Positions 28,732 through 47,792 of a stretch of 64,000 nt of DNA are shown in pieces (position 1 is the stretch's first letter; each line of letters starts with the position of its first letter). The position numbers and the translations under genes were made by a program. Below the pieces are notes generated by a model. The model worked only from the letters and a program-made list of their open reading frames with translations, had not been told where the DNA came from and did no database searches. Source of the DNA: the human T2T-CHM13v2.0 reference genome, Homo sapiens; assembly GCF_009914755.1 (NCBI RefSeq), contig NC_060938.1. One strand, written 5' to 3'.

Positions 28732-29679
28732 CTGAGAAATTTTAAAGAAGGAATTATTATGGCTTCTGGGATAGTATTTTGGGGGTCCTTTTTACCTCTA
28801 AGGCCCAAATATCAAGCATTGAGAATGAGATTCAGTTACACACCCGTGTTTCCGCAGAAAGCCTAAAAAGACTTCGAGATGAAATGCCAAGCAGAGGGAA
28901 ATTGTCATTCCTAAGCTTATATGTAGGCGACACCACCGTGAATCACTTCAGAGCTTGGGTCTCCGTGTCTCTTATTCCAGCTGCGCCCAGTTCTGTGGGG
29001 CACCTACCAGTTCCCACAAGTGCAGTTGACCACGAACCATCTCAGGCCCACTCTTCCCTTGCTTTCTACCTTTGAGTCTCTGAGTGACAATGCAAGTGGG
29101 ACCATCACGGTAGCCTGCTTCGTACTCACACTTGGGGGAGAGAGACACCCATGGAGAGAGCCTTTGGTGTGCGGTGTGTGAAGCAAGGGAGAAATGCTAG
29201 TCCCTCTCTTTGCTCTCTGGTTGGCACTGAGGCACCTTTTGAGCTCCTCCACGGGCCCCTGAGATTGGACCAGCAGGAGCCTGCGGACGAGGCTGCCTCA
29301 ACACCACAGCTCTGTATTGGTTCTTTTTTCTTCTCTTTGCCTCTCCACTCTCTCACTTCTGCTCCTTCAGTCACATTGCTCAGGAAAGAGTTTGCAATTT
29401 AGGCCTGTTTTAGGCTTTGCTTTCTGGAAAACCCAGAACACTTTTCATACCAACTGGTGGTGTATTTGATCTTCCTTTTACTGTTTTCTTGCAACTGAGT
29501 TTTTTGAGCCCAAATGCAAGATTTGACATTGAGATTTGTTACATGCCATCAATGCAATTTTTTTTTTAAATTCTGATTTTGCCATTTAACAGTGCGAGCT
29601 GTCCTTCCTAGCCTTGAGTTATCTACAAATTTGCTCATAAAATTTATTGACTGTTAAAATCTATTACTGGTCAACCTCT

Positions 29680-30785
<1,106 letters not shown>

Positions 30786-30871
30786 ACAGTAAAGCCTTTT
30801 TCAATCAATAGAGAGAAAAATCAGTCTTATATCTTGAGCAATGTCTAAATAACTTAAAAGATCAAGATGGA

Positions 30872-31005
30872 GGCTGGGCACAGTGGCTCACGCCTGTAAT
30901 CCCAGCACTTTGGGAGGCCGAGACGGGAAGATTGCTTGAGCTCAGGAGTTTGAGACCAGCCTGGACAACATAGTGACCCTGTATCTACAAAAAATAATTA
31001 ATAAG
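30872..31005 (+). mobile_element. Alu left monomer (FLAM-like)
   Basis: Single monomer with A-rich end; TSD approx AAAAGATCAAGATGGA. Confidence 0.88.
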
Positions 31006-31369
31006 AAAAGATCAACATGGAACCAAAAAACAAATATACATAGGACAGCTCTATAAAGATATGTAGCAGGTACTTACTGTGTATGTGTATTTTCCATTCT
31101 CTGCCTTCTAATATGAAAAGGTTGACAGGATAGTTTGAGGGAGAAAGGAAAATTTGCCATAGATTCCTCAGCATCAGGATAACCTCATTGCCTTAGGGCA
31201 AAAAATGAAGCCCAGAGGTAGTGACTTTTCCCAAACTCAGTGTCCTCCCTTCTAAGGGCTTAGGGCATAATCTTCCACAAAACACATCCGGATTGCTAAC
31301 TCACAGTAAAGGAAAAGTTCTTACGTTTACATAGAACCCAGATGCCAGGAATTTTCTAGAAAATGGACG

Positions 31370-31402
31370 TGCAGTAATAGTGCCGGCCAGGAGATGGCGA
31401 CG
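31370..31402 (+). promoter_or_regulatory. Candidate CTCF site with upstream motif
   Basis: TGCAG-N12-CCAGGAGATGGCG; one mismatch to CCASYAGRKGGCR; local CpG retention. Confidence 0.6.
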
Positions 31403-31974
31403 CGCCTTTCTGTCCAGGAGGACTACACTCTACGTGGCACTGAAGGACTGGGAGAGAAGGTTGGGGCCTCCTGGGGCCAGCCAGGGGCCTCTGGGGGAGG
31501 ATGGCCTAGAAAACAGGGCTCTGCTTCAGAAGGCTCATTCTTGTTGGCGGGGCCCCCATGAGTAAAATAGTTGTTGTTGAATATGACACATTGTTAAGGC
31601 CTCAGATGCAAGAGCAATTACAAGTCCAGGGTGGTTGGCAGGTCTACAGTCAGGATATTTAACTCAAATTCAGGGAGTCTGAAAATCTAGGACAGCTCCT
31701 TGGCAACCCCGGACTGACAGATCTTTTGTTCGACTTTTCCTAGGTTTAGGCAACAGCCTCTGAGAGCCCACTAGATTTCCTCCAACATGGAGACTCAACC
31801 TAGCCAACATTCTACCACAAGAATCAGTACCTGGGCTTTGGGGTCCACCAACGCTTAAAATTGAGTAACTGAGTGCAAGGGTTGCAGGTAGGCAATGTGC
31901 CGATAGACATTTACATTTCCTAGAGAGAAAGTCCTTTGTTCCATCTCTTTCTCCAAGGGCTCTGTGATTCAAAA

Positions 31975-33447
<1,473 letters not shown>

Positions 33448-33454
33448 TTATAAA

Positions 33455-33955
33455 ATAAATACTAAACTGCAGGAAGCAGCCCCTGCCCCTGGGACTGAGA
33501 ATAGGAAGGGGTGGGAATTATTAAAACTTGAAAACTTGGGACTCAGACTCCACGGAGGGGGCACCGCTTGGCTGGGCTGGCATTTCTGAGCTGGAGAGGG
33601 GCCCTGAGGACCCGACATCTCCTGGGAGAACAAGAGCATGATGAGGCTGGTTCTGTCAGTGCTGGAAAAACTGCAAACTACATTCAACTGCTGCTCCAAG
33701 AAGGAGCTGCTACTGCCAGGGTGAAGAGGTGAGACTAGAGTGACACTGACAGGTACAGAAAACCCACAGGAAGCAGACAGGAAGGAAGGAGGCCTTTCTT
33801 TCTCTCTCACCATGCTGTTCCCTCTGGGGCCTCCCGTGGGAAGGGCCTAATGTGGAGCCAGCTGGCAAAGCAAAACTGTGGTTGGCAGAGTCCTAGCCCA
33901 GCATCACAAAGCAAGCACAGAAGGGCAGGTTTGGAGCTGAGAGACAATAAGTGAA
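33455..33955 (-). mobile_element. LTR33-like ERVL solo LTR
   Basis: Reverse strand TATTGTCTCTCAGCTCCAAACC...TGTGATGCTGGGCTAGGACTCTGC...TTTGCCAGCTGGCTCC. Confidence 0.75.
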
Positions 33956-33999
33956 GAAGGTCTCCCAAAACATTTTGTTTACTGTAATATGTACAGCCA

Positions 34000-34520
34000 T
34001 TATCCAAACCATTCATCCAGAGGGATTCAATCTCTTAATAGATTCATCATCAGGCAGTGTCTAGGGGCATAGCTAGTGGATTTGTTTGGGATTCCCAATG
34101 GGCAAACAATAGCAGCCATAGCCATCTGCTGCCACGGTCTTACAGCAATGAGCACAGAGGTGGCTGTCACCATTGTCAATCTCAGGTCAGGACGGGTTTC
34201 TAAATCGGGTGGGGAGCAATGGAGACCTCTTGGTTGTAGCCCCACTGTGGCTGTGGAAATTGGCCTATCTATATGGTTGGTTTCACTTCTCCAGTGAAGT
34301 CTGGGATTCTGACCCAGAGACCACTCAAAACCACAAACCAGTCTTCCCTGAGCACTTGTCAATCTCCCAGGATTGGAAACGTGGCTAGCCATTGTGCTGA
34401 ACAAACAAGACTCACGGAGTGTATTCACAAGCAAATTTATTTGATTTCCCACTGTTCTTTTTCATCTGCCCGGGGAAGCCAGATCTTCCTCTGCCCCAGA
34501 TGAAATTTAGAGCAAGTCTA
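34000..34520 (-). mobile_element. Possible ancient LTR 3' end plus PBS and leader
   Basis: Reverse strand AATAAA...GAGTCTTGTTTGTTCAGCACA then ATGGCTAGCCA, similar to tRNA-Arg PBS TGGCGAGCCA. Confidence 0.3.
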
Positions 34521-36229
34521 TGACTTTCTGGTCACACTTAGTAATATCAGCAATCTTCCGGTCACTTTAAACCACATAGTACGCATTTAGTAACTAAATT
34601 ATTCAGTCCCATAACTTCTTGCTTTAAAGTTGAAACTTCTCCCCCATCCCAGCTCAGGATCCTTGAAAGGTGAAGACAAAGGAGACTGGGGAAAGGGTAT
34701 GTGGTCAGCTGCTAACATTTCTCCTCCTCCTTCCCCAGATTACTAGCCATGAGTCCTGCCTCTTTCAGAGCTGGAGTCCTGCAAATGAGAAGAGGCCAGG
34801 GAAGCAGGAAAGTTCTTGCTTGACTGGCCCTGGCTTGGGAATTTAGCATCTGCTCGCTCTGGACTTGGCAAATAATTGACAGCTGACTCTCACCAGGTCT
34901 TTGCAGTGACCTTCCGGCCACTGAGGAGCTCTTCCCTGCAGTTTGCTTCACAGGACAAATGCTTTCCATGCTTGCTACTCACTCACTCCTTCCTCAACCC
35001 TCTGAACCTGGTGATACCTTGAGCTTCTCTCTGAGAGGCCAGTTTGCCCCTCCATGCAGCACTCTTGAACAATCTAAGATAACCCCTCACTGCCAGGCCT
35101 TTCCTGGATGTGGCCCACATTGGCCACACACATACACACACCCTCTATCATGACAAATTTGGAGAGCACAGGGTGTCCTAGCCTCCTCCTTTGGCCTCCA
35201 CCTTACTCCACAGTCAAAGCTAGGGTCAGCCTATTGCTGTCCTTTGGCTTTTTCAGATGGGAACTGGACGCCTGTGCACTGAGTTCCCTAAGCTACAAGA
35301 AATGTGTATTAAGCCCTCTCAGTGGACAATTGAAACCCCATTCCCTGAGCTTGTGATGAGGTCCCTATACTTCCTCTCTTCTCCTATGGGACTCACAACC
35401 CACCAAAAACTATGTCCGGAAATCCTCCTTTCTCATCTGCCAGACTGGCCATTCTATCACCATGAATGCAGAGTGCAAGAGTCAAAACTAGTTAGTTTTT
35501 TCTTGCCTGCTTTCTCCCCACTCTGCACGTGGTCTTGTGCCTAGCTTAAAATGCCATTGCTATTGTCTTCAGGCCTTAGCAGAACTTCTTTGTTAATATC
35601 TTGTTACATGTTTACGTTGAGAAAAAAATGAATAAAGTAACCGGATTGCTTTATTATTCTACAAGCAACAATATGCTCAAAGCTTCATATTCTCAAAGCT
35701 TCCAAACACGAGTAAAATGGCTAGAACATGACTTTTTAGGTCCTGCAGGAACTGTTCAGATAGAGGAGAGGAGAAATGTTGCGAAACTTCCTCCAGGGCT
35801 TTGGAATCATCTCTCAGCTGAAATTACTAAACTCTTTCTAATCCTTTGGAGAAGGATCTAAAACTCTGGGACGGTTTCAAGGGTTACCATCTACCTCACT
35901 GGTTTACCATGAGGATTAAATCAGATAATGGTATATGCAAACATAATTTGTAATTGTGTAAACTAGAAGGTAAACACACAGACGTGTATGGGACAATCAT
36001 AGCTATGGATACTTTAAAGGAATTTTAATTACCTAGAATTTCTAAAGAGCTCTCAGCAGGTATTTACAGTTCAAAGAGGAAATTTTGCTCTTTCAGACTA
36101 GATCTGGAGCAAACAATGGGGCTGTTTGGCAAGTGTTTCTGAGAAAACAGTCCACCTAGAGTGTACATTAGCAACAGTGAGAGATTACAGGGTAGGTGGC
36201 AGACAGGGCCCACCCCAGGTGTGGCCTAC

Positions 36230-38120
<1,891 letters not shown>

Positions 38121-38133
38121 ATTGAGTTTATGT

Positions 38134-38183
38134 GGGAAAAATAGAGCTATCCAAAGACGGGAAAAATAGAGCTATCCAAAGAC
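38134..38183. repeat. Perfect 25-bp tandem duplication
   Basis: GGGAAAAATAGAGCTATCCAAAGAC x2. Confidence 0.95.
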
Positions 38184-38509
38184 AGGAAAAAAGAAGGTTG
38201 ATTTGACTGATTTCACAGGATATTTATTATGAGAATTATTAGGTTTCTCCATCCACTCGAGAGAAAGTGAGAAAGCCTCAATCTGTCATTGTGTTCCTGT
38301 CTACATTCAAATTCCACACATCTTAGTGGGGGTTAAGGATAGGGAGGGTTGGAAGAGAAAATAGTTTTGGAAGCCATTATGGAAAGCAACAATGACACAA
38401 CACAAAAGAGAGCTATAGCAGTGAACACCCATTGAATTCCTTAAATATAAACAAAAGCTTTATTTCTGAATCTTGCCTCCCTCCACCCCAATCAAACAAG
38501 AAGAATGTG

Positions 38510-39260
38510 GGGAGGCAGCGGAGGGGGGCTGTGAAGAGGGCTGGGTAGGAGTGCAGGGAGACAGCAGGGCTAAAAAGACCTCCCTCTGCAGCCGGGGGTG
38601 GAATATGCAAGGGGCTGGGCCGGGGCAGAAATGTGGGCGCGGAGGGAAAGAAGGTCGGAGCCACAGGGGAGGTGAAAGAGAAAGCCGGCTATGGCCTCCT
38701 GACTGAGCAGCGCGCCTGATCCGTGGCTCCCTTCCTCCGTGGGCCCGCCCAGCCCTAGGGGTTCACGGGAGAGGACCTGTTGGTCTCCCTGGCTCTGTGA
38801 GAACCACTTTACTTTGCTCAGGGGGCTTAAGTGCCTATTTGAAACTCAGCACTTGTTAACTTGTCACGGCATAAAAGAAGGGAGAGAGGCCTGACATTTT
38901 CCCAACCCCTGAAAGTGAAAGAAGAAAGGGCTCTTTACTTTCAGGGCCACATCCTGAATGACGGGGTCAGTGTCTGCAACTGATCCGTGTGGGCGCAGAC
39001 TTCTAATTATTTCCTGGATAACCTGTTATCTATTATCCATCGGGCTGCTTGCCAGAGTATGCTAATGTCTCCATCGTTTCTGGTCTGGATTCTGAGGAGC
39101 GGGTTTTTGTTTTTTGTTTTAAAGGGGAAGTAGAGTTGGGGGGCAGGCAGCTGTAAGATTCCCGGTAGCAGGAAGGCTGTCCTCTCCTCTGCCGTTAGAC
39201 TGCATGATGGGGAGCAATGCCCAGGAACCCACGCTGATGCCCCGCGGAAACCGGCAGTCA
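38510..39260. promoter_or_regulatory. GC/CpG-enriched non-repeat segment, candidate promoter or enhancer
   Basis: Clustered CpGs (GCGCGC, GGGCGCGG, CCCGCGG) and a CCGCCC GC box near 38745; weaker than a full CpG island. Confidence 0.45.
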
Positions 39261-39791
39261 CTCCTCTTTCTCTTGGCTACTTGACTTACGCTCTTCTGGG
39301 AGTCTTAGCTTTATCGGAAACTTCTGGAAAAGCTTCTGAGAGAGAAATGTTTTTCTGGACTGCTCTCATTTGCTTGGAGAACAAGGAAACTCTTCAAATA
39401 ACGTTTTGTTTGGGGACAGGAGGGAAGGGAGGGAGTCAGAATTCAATAGGCCTGTTCTTCTGTTGAGTGGGGGCAGAACTTGGCTGTCATCCAGGTGAGC
39501 TCCGTATCAACCATCAGTTACACCCCTGGCCTCTATTATTTGTACTAAGGCACAATGAAATGTCATTGAGTGGGAGGAGTACACAACTATAGGGCATAAT
39601 TCTTTTTCTTATTATAAAAATAGCATACTTCTGATTCAAGCAACAGAGTCAGAAAAATAAGTACATTTAAAACATTAAAAAATTTTTAAGGTATTGCATG
39701 TTTATTTTAAAAATTGAAACTCATACACTGTATACATGTATCAAAATATCACAGTTTCCCATAAATATGTACAATTATTATGTGTCAATTA

Positions 39792-40157
<366 letters not shown>

Positions 40158-41327
40158 TCATTCCACAGAGATAATCACTGTTAATATTTTGGTGTATCTT
40201 CTTCAACCTTTTAAAATAATGCTAATTTATATCTGCAAGAAACAGGGTGTTTGATTTAAAAGAATACAATGGTGCCCTGTGATTGTTTGGCTGCATCTAG
40301 GAGATAATGTGTCCTTTAGCATTGGGGATTAGGATTAACTTTCTCAAATCCTCAGAGGGTCAGTTTTATGAGGCTAAGATAAAGCAAGGCTCCTAGTCCA
40401 GCGGGCTCCAGTAGTGTCTAAAATCCAGGACCTTTGGTTTTAAGCACTTATTTCACTTATGTGCATGAAAAGAAGGAGGAAGTTCAGGTGAAGCTGCCCA
40501 GGAGTAGAGAAAGACTGCATGTGAATTCATGTGATCAGAAAGCAAACAGGCAGATACTGAACCAGCCGTCCCATGGTAAACATCTAGAAAACTAGACAAA
40601 GTACATGAAACGACTGTGTTCACACATCTCAGATATTTCCTGAGAGAAGTGAAACAAATGAGGCGATCCCTACATTGCCGCAGCTTTTTGCCTAGAAGCA
40701 CATTCCAGACTACTACCTGGAGACGGGAAGCCAAGCAGAACACAGAAGTCTTGCTGAGTTGAGGAGACAGAGACCCAAGGTGGTTGGAATTTGCCAGGCA
40801 GATTACCAGGGAGGAGAGAACTGCACAAAGACCTCTAGACACTTGACAAAAGTACTTGTCTAAAGTATTTGGTTGAATACTAGGCTACACATGCCCATGG
40901 TAAGGCTCCATGAGTCTGGATAAATAGCAACAATGGGAAATAACAAATACTGGTGAGCTATAAACTGAGCGCTTCCAGAAGCCTATACGTAGTTGGAAGT
41001 TTTTTGAGCTCTAGCCAGCTAGCCAGCTAGAATAAATTATTTATTTATAATAATAAACTATTTATTATTAAATATAATAAACTATTGTAGCCAGCTAAAA
41101 TAAATAGTTCAGTGGGGTCTCACTGAACACCTGGGACATTTAGTAGAGACCCCAGAAAACCTAGGCCTTAGGAGTAAGACTTAACTAGCTCTAGAGAGAA
41201 GGTTTCTCTAGGCCTGCTCTCACAAAGCTTGAAAACAAGCCCCAAAAGGATCATGATGATCATTAAGAAACTTAAACTACCTCACTAAAATAAAAAGGAC
41301 AGTCTCTCAACACCATAACCCTTATAA

Positions 41328-41959
<632 letters not shown>

Positions 41960-43303
41960 TTTTTAATTTTTCATTTTTGGGGTTACATAGTTGTGTATAT
42001 ATTTATGCGGTACATGAGATACTTTGATACAAGCATGGAATGCATAATAATCCCATCATGGAAAATGGCATATCCTTCTCCTCAAGCATTTATCCTTTGT
42101 GTTACAAGCAATCTAATTACATTCTTTTAGTTATTTTAGAATGTATAATTAAATTATTTTTTATTATAGTCTCCCTATTCTATCAAATACTAGGTCTTAT
42201 TCATTCTTTCCAACTTTTTTTTGGTACCCATTACCCTACTCTACCTCTCCCCCATCTCCTCCCTGCCCCCCGCCACAAGCCTTCCCAGCCTCTGGTAACC
42301 GTCCTTCTAACTGACTTATCTCCATGAGTTCAATTGTTTTGATTTTTACATCCCACAAATAAGTCAGAACATGTAATGTTTGTCTTTCTGTGCCTGGCTT
42401 ATTTCATTTAACATAATGACCTCCAGTTCCAGCCATGTTGCAAATGATAGGATCTCATTCTTTCTCAAAGCTGAATAGTACTCCATTGTGTATATCTACC
42501 ACGTTTTCCTTATGCATTCATCTGTGGATGGATATTTAGGTTGGTTTCAAATCTTGGCTATTGTGACAGTGCTGCAACAAACATGGGAGTGCAGACATCT
42601 CTTCAATACACTGATTTCCTTTCTTTTAGGTTCATACCCAGCAGTGGGATTGCTGGACCATATGGTAGCTATATTTTTAGTTTTTTGAAGAACCTCCAAA
42701 CTGTCCTTCAGAGTGCTTGTACTAATTTACATTCCCACCAACACTGTACATGGATTCTCTTTTCTCCACATCCTCACCAGCATTTATTATTGCCTGTCTT
42801 TTGTATATAACCCATTTTGACTGGGGTGAGATGATATCTCACTGTGGTTTTGATCTGCATTTCTTTGATTATCTGTGATGTTGAGCACCTTTTCATATAC
42901 CTGTTTGCCATTTATGACTTCTTTTGAGAAATGCCCATTCAAGTCTTTTGGGCATTTTTTATTGGAGTATTAGATTTATTTTCCTGTAGAGTTGTTTGAG
43001 CTCCTTCTATATTCTGATTGTTAATCCTTTGTCAGATGGGTAATTTGCAAATATTTTCTCCCGTTCCGTAGGTTGTCTCTTCACTTTGTTGGTTGTTTCC
43101 TTTGCTGTGCAGAAGCTTGTTAACTTGACGTGATCCCATTTGTCCATTTTTGCTTTGGTTGTCTGTGCTTGTGGGGTATTACTCAAGAAATATCTTCCCC
43201 AACCAATGTCCTGGAGAGTTTCCCCAATGTTTTCTTTTAGTAGTTTTATAGTTTGAGGTCTTAGATTTAAGTCATTAATCCATTTTGATTTGATTTTTGT
43301 AGA
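41960..43303 (-). mobile_element. L1 (L1MA-like) 3' end
   Basis: Same 3'UTR/ORF2-end type as 5900-7070. Confidence 0.93.
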
Positions 43304-44510
43304 GACAGAAGGGAGGGTTAAAGGGGAGGAAAAGCAGTCTTTCAGTCCACCTTTCCCCTCCTGGGTACCTTCTGGACTAATCCCTGCTCAGTAGTGGAAG
43401 CAGAGGGGGCTCCTTCCCTGCATCCTGTCTCCAATGCCTCCAAGGCGCCTGGGGAGGACAAGCGTGAGGAGGAGAGGGAGTGGATGTTGGGTCCTCTGCC
43501 AACCAAGCCAGGACAGGGAAGGGGGTTGGCTTTTCCCTTGGGCCAGCAGAGGTCCCTCAGCAGAGAGAGAAGGAGGACCACTTCACTGGCAAGGTCAGGA
43601 GCAGTATCAGCACCAAGGGTAAGACTAAACTTAGCAAGGCATACTGAGAGATGCACACTGAGGTCAACGAGACATTAGAACTCACTGGTGAGTTGGACTC
43701 CTAGGAGCAAGGGGTGCTCAGCTTTCCAAGTGTTAGAGGGCAGTACCCCTTGGGTTCGGACTGACCTCTCTGCAGCACCACGGGGTCCTGTCCCAGCTCT
43801 CAGCAGGCATTGGGGCCCTGGCTCTGCTACAGCAGGGGCTACATAGCTCTCTGCTGTTGGGGTTGCACTGCCCAGGAGAACACTCTTGGAATGAGTGTAT
43901 TAAGAGATTGCAGTGGTCATTGAAACTGCAGTTTTCCACAACCTCATAGTATAGTGGGAGAGCTGGGCTCCAGTGTCTAAAAAGTTTCCTGACATCCGAA
44001 AAAGCAGGAAAAATGTACTGAGAGAGATGATGCAATTAGTAGGCAAGAAACTTAAAGCAGCTATTGTACGTATGCTCAAAGATTTAAAGGAAAACATAAA
44101 TATAATGAAGAGAGAAATAGAAACTATAAAAAGGAAACAAATGGAACTTTTAGAACTGAAAAAATACATCTGAGATGAAAAATTAGGTACTGCAAAGGAA
44201 CTTGAAGACATAGCCATAGAAACTATCCAAAAGGCAGCACACAAAGAAAAAGAAGGAGCAAAGTCTCAGTGATCTGTGGGACATCTCAAGGTCTGATATA
44301 CATGTAATGGGAGTACATGTATATGGCAAGAGGCAAGAGGCAGAAAAAAATATTTGACGAAGTAATAGTTGAAAAACCTTCCAATTTCAACCCATAGAGT
44401 CAAGAAATTTAACCATTCCCCTAGCAGAATAAATACAAAGAAAACTACATGAAGGCAGTCAAATTGCTGAAAACCAATGATACAAAGAAAGTCTTTAAAA
44501 CAACCAGAGA

Positions 44511-44955
<445 letters not shown>

Positions 44956-45042
44956 TCATTAGTTCATACTAACACATCCAGTTCCAATCTAACCCACCCA
45001 TAATTATATCTTCCCTCTTCCATAGTTAAGAACTCTGGCTCC

Positions 45043-45214
45043 GGCCGGGCATGGTGGCTCACGCCTGTAATTCCAGCACTTTGGGAGGCTGAGGCAGGCA
45101 GATCACGAGGTCTGGAGGTCGAGACCATCCTGGCTAACACGGTGAAGCCCCGTCTCTACTAAAAATACAAAAAATTAGCCGGGCATGGTGGCGGGCGCCT
45201 GTAGTCCCAGCTAC
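45043..45214 (+). mobile_element. 3'-truncated AluY-like
   Basis: Ends abruptly at CCCAGCTAC with no tail. Confidence 0.9.
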
Positions 45215-46190
45215 ATCAGCTCCCAGGAATGCTAAGGAAGCAGGGTGATGTGGGGGAACGGAAAACACGCCCAGGCCCAGCACAGCCACCAGCTGTGGGC
45301 ATGTGACCTGTGCTCAAACCCTTCTCCTTTCTAGGCCTGTTTCCGTCTCCAGTCGAGGAATCTCTGTGGACTTACTCCATTCAGAACATTTATGACTCCG
45401 AGAGGAAGCCGATGTACTACTTCTCTTGGAGGGTGACGTGGGAAGGTCCATCTCCAGATGTGGCCTTATTTGGCTAGCCAATGCAATGACCAGGTGTGTT
45501 CCAGAAAAGTTCAGCAGTGAGAAGCCAGACTGTGAATGACCCAAGAGCAGGGATGAGGACTTCTCTAGCTTTCAGTTCTTGCCTCAGGCATAAAACCTGG
45601 CACCTAAAACTTTGTTTAGCTGAACAAAGGGATTCTGGGAATGACTTTTTTTTTTTTTTTGCTTTGATCTCCCAGATTCCACCACCTTTGCTCATGGAAA
45701 GGAACTGATTGTGAATATTTTAGCCAGCAGGCCTATAAATGCTACCTTCTGAGGAGCTGAAAAAGAATTTGAATTGTTTCTCATCAGAGATAGCTGGGCC
45801 ATAGAATAGTGCTGAAACTGGGTGACAGGAAACTTTGGTGCAAGTTCCTTGGGTCTGTCTGAGACCTCAGGCCTCTGCAGGGTGTCATAGCCCCTCATCT
45901 TCTTTTAGAATCACTGCCATCTCCTGCCTGGGGTTGGGAGGTCACACAGGAACACAGGAGGGGAGGGAGGGAACTTCTGGGGTGATTGTGAAAGAGATGC
46001 AGGAATTGGAAGAGAGAAAGAAGTGGGAGGGGAGAGAGAGAGATAGGAGAGAAAGAAGTGGGGAGAGACAGAGAGAGACAGGAGCAAAGGAGAAAGATTG
46101 ATTTTAACAGTAGATTATTTCCCTCCAGGGAATTTTCAAAGGCAAAACAAAAACAAAACCCACAAATACCATTTTTTCCCTCTTTATCTC

Positions 46191-46552
46191 TGCTGTGGTC
46201 TGAAGGTTTGTGTCTCCTCAACATTCTTGTGTTGAAACTTAATCCCCAGTGGGATCCTATTGAGAGGTGTGGTGTTTGGAAGCATATAGGGAAGGACGGC
46301 TTCATCCTCACAAATGGGATGAGTGTCCTTAAGAGGCCTGAGGGAGCTTGTTCTCCCCTTCAGCCATATGGGGACACATAAAAGGAACCATCTATGTTCA
46401 TCTTGAACAGCAGGCTCTCACCAGACATTTAATCTGCTGATGCTTTGAACGTGGACTTCTCAGCCTCCAGAAGTGTGAGCAATACATTTCTAGTGTTTAT
46501 ACATTACCCAGTCTAAGGTATTTCGTTATAGCATCCCAAACTGACTAAGACA
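46191..46552 (+). mobile_element. MLT1A/MST-like MaLR solo LTR
   Basis: TGCTGTGGTCTGAAGGTTTGTGTC...ACTAAGACA. Confidence 0.85.
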
Positions 46553-46929
46553 ATCTCTTTCCTTCCTGCCCACCTCTCCCAACTCCACTGTCCCCCTCCC
46601 GCCCACGAACAGAAATTTTTGAACTAGTGCAGAGATTGCTGAACAGGGGCTCCCAACAATCCACTCTTGGATCAATAAGAAGTTTAAGAGATAAACCATC
46701 CATGCAGAGGGCCCCCAGCTAGGAGACAGGAGGCACTCTCAGCCCCATCACTCCCTAGCTGTGTGAGCCTAAACAAGGTGCTTTTGCAAGTGTGGATCAT
46801 TGGGAAGGACTGCTTCTTTCCCCTTCCTGATATGTCCTTCCCTGGGCAGGGAACTCTCCTAAGGGAGCCCTCCTGGCTTCTGTCTGCCCTATAGTCACGC
46901 CTTCCCAGGGAGGAGGACACAACAGTTAA

Positions 46930-47292
46930 CTTCCCTTTGCCTTTGTTCAGCCAGCTCTATGCCCACACGGTGACCTATATGGATTACATGAGCGGGATCT
47001 CTTATCTTCTGGCCTCCCTTGTAGGGAGGAGGATATGAACCCCACACTCCCTTCCCGCAGGTGGCAGCAGGCTGGCCACAGAACACCCCTTGACTGAAGG
47101 CGGTCCCTCCTATCAGATGCTTCTCTTTCTTCGGATTCTGGTAACTGCTCCCTCTGCCTCCATTTCAGCTCTGGGATATTGCACTGTCCTTTGTGGATTC
47201 TCCATGCTCTGCCCACACTTTTGTGAAGAATCCTCTTATTAGATTTTTATTCAAATTACACAGTTAGAATATGTCAGCTATCCCTGAATGAC
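46930..47292 (+). mobile_element. LTR41-like LTR
   Basis: GCTCTATGCCC...TGACCTATATGGA...TTCTGGTAACTGCTCCCTC...CTGCCCACACTTTTGTGAA. Confidence 0.6.
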
Positions 47293-47462
47293 AGGAGGGG
47301 TGACTGAATTCCACTGGTGAGTTTAGGAGAAATTTGGCCTATTTCAATGCCTTCCTCTTTCTTTCTTCTTAGGGGCCGGTCTTTCTACATTGTTGTGCGA
47401 TGAAGTGGCGCTACCTCCCCCTGTAGAGAGGCCTGCCCTCCCCAGCACTACCTGAGCGCCTA

Positions 47463-47481
47463 TTCTTTCTTTTTCTTTTTC

Positions 47482-47512
<31 letters not shown>

Positions 47513-47792
47513 TTTGACACAGGGTCTTGCTCCATCACCCAGACTGGAATGCAGTGGTAAACATGACTCACTGCAGCCTTGACCTCCCAGGCTGAGGTGA
47601 TCTTCCCACTTCAGCCTCCTTAGTAGCTGGGACTACGGGCATGCACCATCACACCCGGCTAATTTATTTTTTGTAGAGATGTGGTCTCACCATGTTGCCC
47701 AGGCTGATCTCTAACTCCTGAGCTGAAGTGATCCACCCACCTAGGCCTCCCAAAGTGCTGGGATTACAGGAGTGAGCCACTGTGCCCAGCCT
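47463..47792 (-). mobile_element. Alu (AluJ-like)
   Basis: Reverse dimer. Confidence 0.93.

Noticed and set aside
34027-34452. 141-aa minus-strand ORF in apparently unique DNA
   Set aside because: No recognisable domain, non-ATG start, and it overlaps a possible LTR/PBS remnant.
47395-47415. Additional CTCF-like motifs (here, and at ~10260 and ~22872)
   Set aside because: Partial core matches without the upstream motif; too weak to call from sequence alone.
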